Below are positions 61,780-64,000 of a stretch of 64,000 nucleotides of DNA, piece by piece. The notes beneath the pieces were generated by a model. It searched no databases. It worked only from the letters and a program-made list of their open reading frames with translations, and had not been told where the DNA came from. Each line of letters opens with the position of its first letter. The first letter of the stretch is position 1. A program made the translations under genes and the position numbers. The stretch comes from Octopus vulgaris (Eukaryota), in NCBI GenBank assembly GCA_951406725.2, contig OX597827.1, forward strand, positions 20,894,001 through 20,958,000, written 5' to 3'.

Positions 61780-62879
61780 GTAAGTACAAAACCACCGTTG
61801 GTCACTCAATCGGTCTTCATGCAGTTTGCTTTTAATGTGTTTCGTCTTTCTCTTTGTTTACTTCTTTTCTCTGTTCATTTTGCTTCCTTTTTCTTTTTAT
61901 TTTCCTTCTTTCTTACTGCATTTTCTTTGGTTGATGTTGTTGTTGTTGTTTAATGGCCGTACCCCTCACCACCACCTTCACCATCAGAGTCTTTTTCTTT
62001 CCATGCTTCTTGCATCAGTTGGGCAGATCCTTTCTTCTGCTTCATCACATCATCACATCATCTGCTGCTGCCGCTGCTGCATTTTGTCATCTTCCATGAG
62101 GTTCAGCATCCTGAGATCAGCTTCCACACACACACACGATTGACACAGTTGCTGTCTCCTAAAGTCTACTCACAGAACATTGGCCAATGTGATGTCAAGG
62201 TGGTAGTAGACAGACGTACAAAGTGTTATGGGTTCAAATACAGAACTACTCACAAAATGAACTTTTTAACCACATGGACCATGGACTCATTTACCACACA
62301 CATACACACACACACAGTTTCTCAGACAATTTTCTTCCCCAGGATGCTTTTAATAGCTGAAGTAGTGCAGAGAGACTCTTTCATACACTAGTATATACAA
62401 CTTCTATATATATACATTATCTAGTGTATATAAGAGTGTATATGTAATCTTGTGTGTATAATGTATTGTGCAGCAGAACTTATATTACTTGTACGATGAT
62501 GATGATGATGATATAAATAACTCAAACATTGAAATAAGTTTTCTGATGTTAGGAAGAAGTCTGCTATTTTGGACAGAACCCTTGGAGACAAAAGAATTGT
62601 CGATTGGTTTTGAAGGATAAAGAAATTAGTGAGGAGCAGAAGGGGAGGAGGTGTTATTGTAGAAGGGGGCAACAGTGTCAGTGCAAGGGGGGAAGAATAT
62701 AAGGGACGTGAACAGGTTTGAAAAATAACCAAGGGCAGCAAGTTGGTGATCACGCCCACACTCACACAATGATAACCCCTTCATACAGCTGCATGCACTT
62801 ATTCAAGGGCTAAGCCCCCATTATTATGTGGCTAACAATAAACAGCCTGTTGATATTTCCTTTCTCTCTGTTTAAGAAT

Positions 62880-63103
62880 TGACCCTTTAGCATTCAGATT
62901 ATTCTGTCAAATATTATATTTATTCATCTATATTGTTTTAAGCTAATCATGCATTATTTCGCAGCTTTAAGATTTCAATGATGTTATCACCTATTTTTAG
63001 ATTGACATTATAGGTTGGTGTGAGGTGCCAAATCTGGGCAGTTTTAACAGAAAACAGGTAGATTATTTGGGCCGGATATGGCCGGTTTAAACACTAAAGG
63101 GTT
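62880..63103. mobile_element. piggyBac-type MITE (CCCTTTAG...CTAAAGGG), related to the remnant at 5650-5870
   Basis: Terminal inverted repeats with degenerate TTAA flanks. Confidence 0.55.
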
Positions 63104-64000
63104 GTCTTCTTCCCAACATAAAACATATTCCACTCATTCAAATATTTCTCTTACCTTTCGCCAACACAAAGCATCGTTAGTGTCTTTGGGTCCAACTGTT
63201 TCCCTGTATGACTTCCAGGTTTGCTTGCTTGTTTGTTTGTTTATTTTATTTTATATTGCATATTGGGAGCAAGAACTTCAGTGGACAAGATTTCTGATGA
63301 TGAAAGTGACCAGGGAATGTCACCAGTTGTTTTGTTTCTTGTCAATGTTTATATCTTTTGTTGGTGTTCATTGCCAAAAGATACATAAGTGTGTGTGTAT
63401 CATCATCATTTAACGTCCGTTGTCCATGCTGGCATGGGTTGGATGATTTGACCAGGGCTGGCAAGCTGGAAGGCTGCAGCAGACTCCGGTCTGATTTGGC
63501 ATGGTTTTCTATGGCTGGATGCCCTTCCTAACACCAACAACTCCAAGAGTGTAATGGGTACTTTTATGTGCCACCAGCACGGGTGCCAATTTGCGTGGCA
63601 CCAATATCTGCCACGACTGCAATTTTGCTTGGCTTGATGGGTCTTCTCGAGCACAACAAAACGCCAAAGGTCTCGGTCATTGCCTCCGTGGGGCCCAACA
63701 TTCAAAAGGAACTCAGCCACTTAGCCTTCTTTCACTTGCTTCAAGCATTTGACTGTGGCCATATTGGAGCACTGCCCCTTGAGGGTTTTAGTCAAACAAA
63801 TTGACCCCAGGACTTATTCTTTTAAATCTAGTACTTATTCTATTGGTGTCTTTTGCCGAACCACTAAGTTATGGGAACATAAACATATCACGCCATCACC
63901 AGTTGTCACGTGGTGATGGGCTGATACACAAACACATACATGTGTGTGTGTGTGTATATATATAATATAAATATATATACATACATATATATATATATAT

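Overview
Repeat-rich eukaryotic genomic DNA. The SINE families and very dense (TA)n/(CA)n/(TAGA)n microsatellites point to a coleoid cephalopod, most likely Octopus (inference). Most ORFs in the supplied track are microsatellite artefacts. The main feature is a + strand transferrin/melanotransferrin-like gene. I assembled 12 GT-AG coding exons (33614-61779, 639 codons, phases consistent, 3' end outside the window). Both lobes have lost most canonical iron and carbonate ligands. Intron 1 holds a complete but decayed CsRn1-clade Ty3/Gypsy LTR retrotransposon (35894-41077, minus strand) with a GATC target-site duplication, a tRNA-Trp primer site, a CHCC gag motif and a -1 slippery site. Other notable items are minimal hammerhead-ribozyme motifs in Penelope-like or (TA)n-embedded remnants (9759-9807, 24345-24393), and a 67-bp intronic tandem repeat carrying clustered PBX/MEIS-PREP sites. 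There are also GG..CC MITEs with 8-bp TSDs and TTAGGG cores, one of them a 779-bp fold-back, plus a 35-bp minisatellite and dimeric SINEs. A possible minus-strand exon (13999-15722) may encode a Thr/Asn-rich, hyperacidic Asp-rich protein. No CRISPR array, rRNA or intact tRNA was found.
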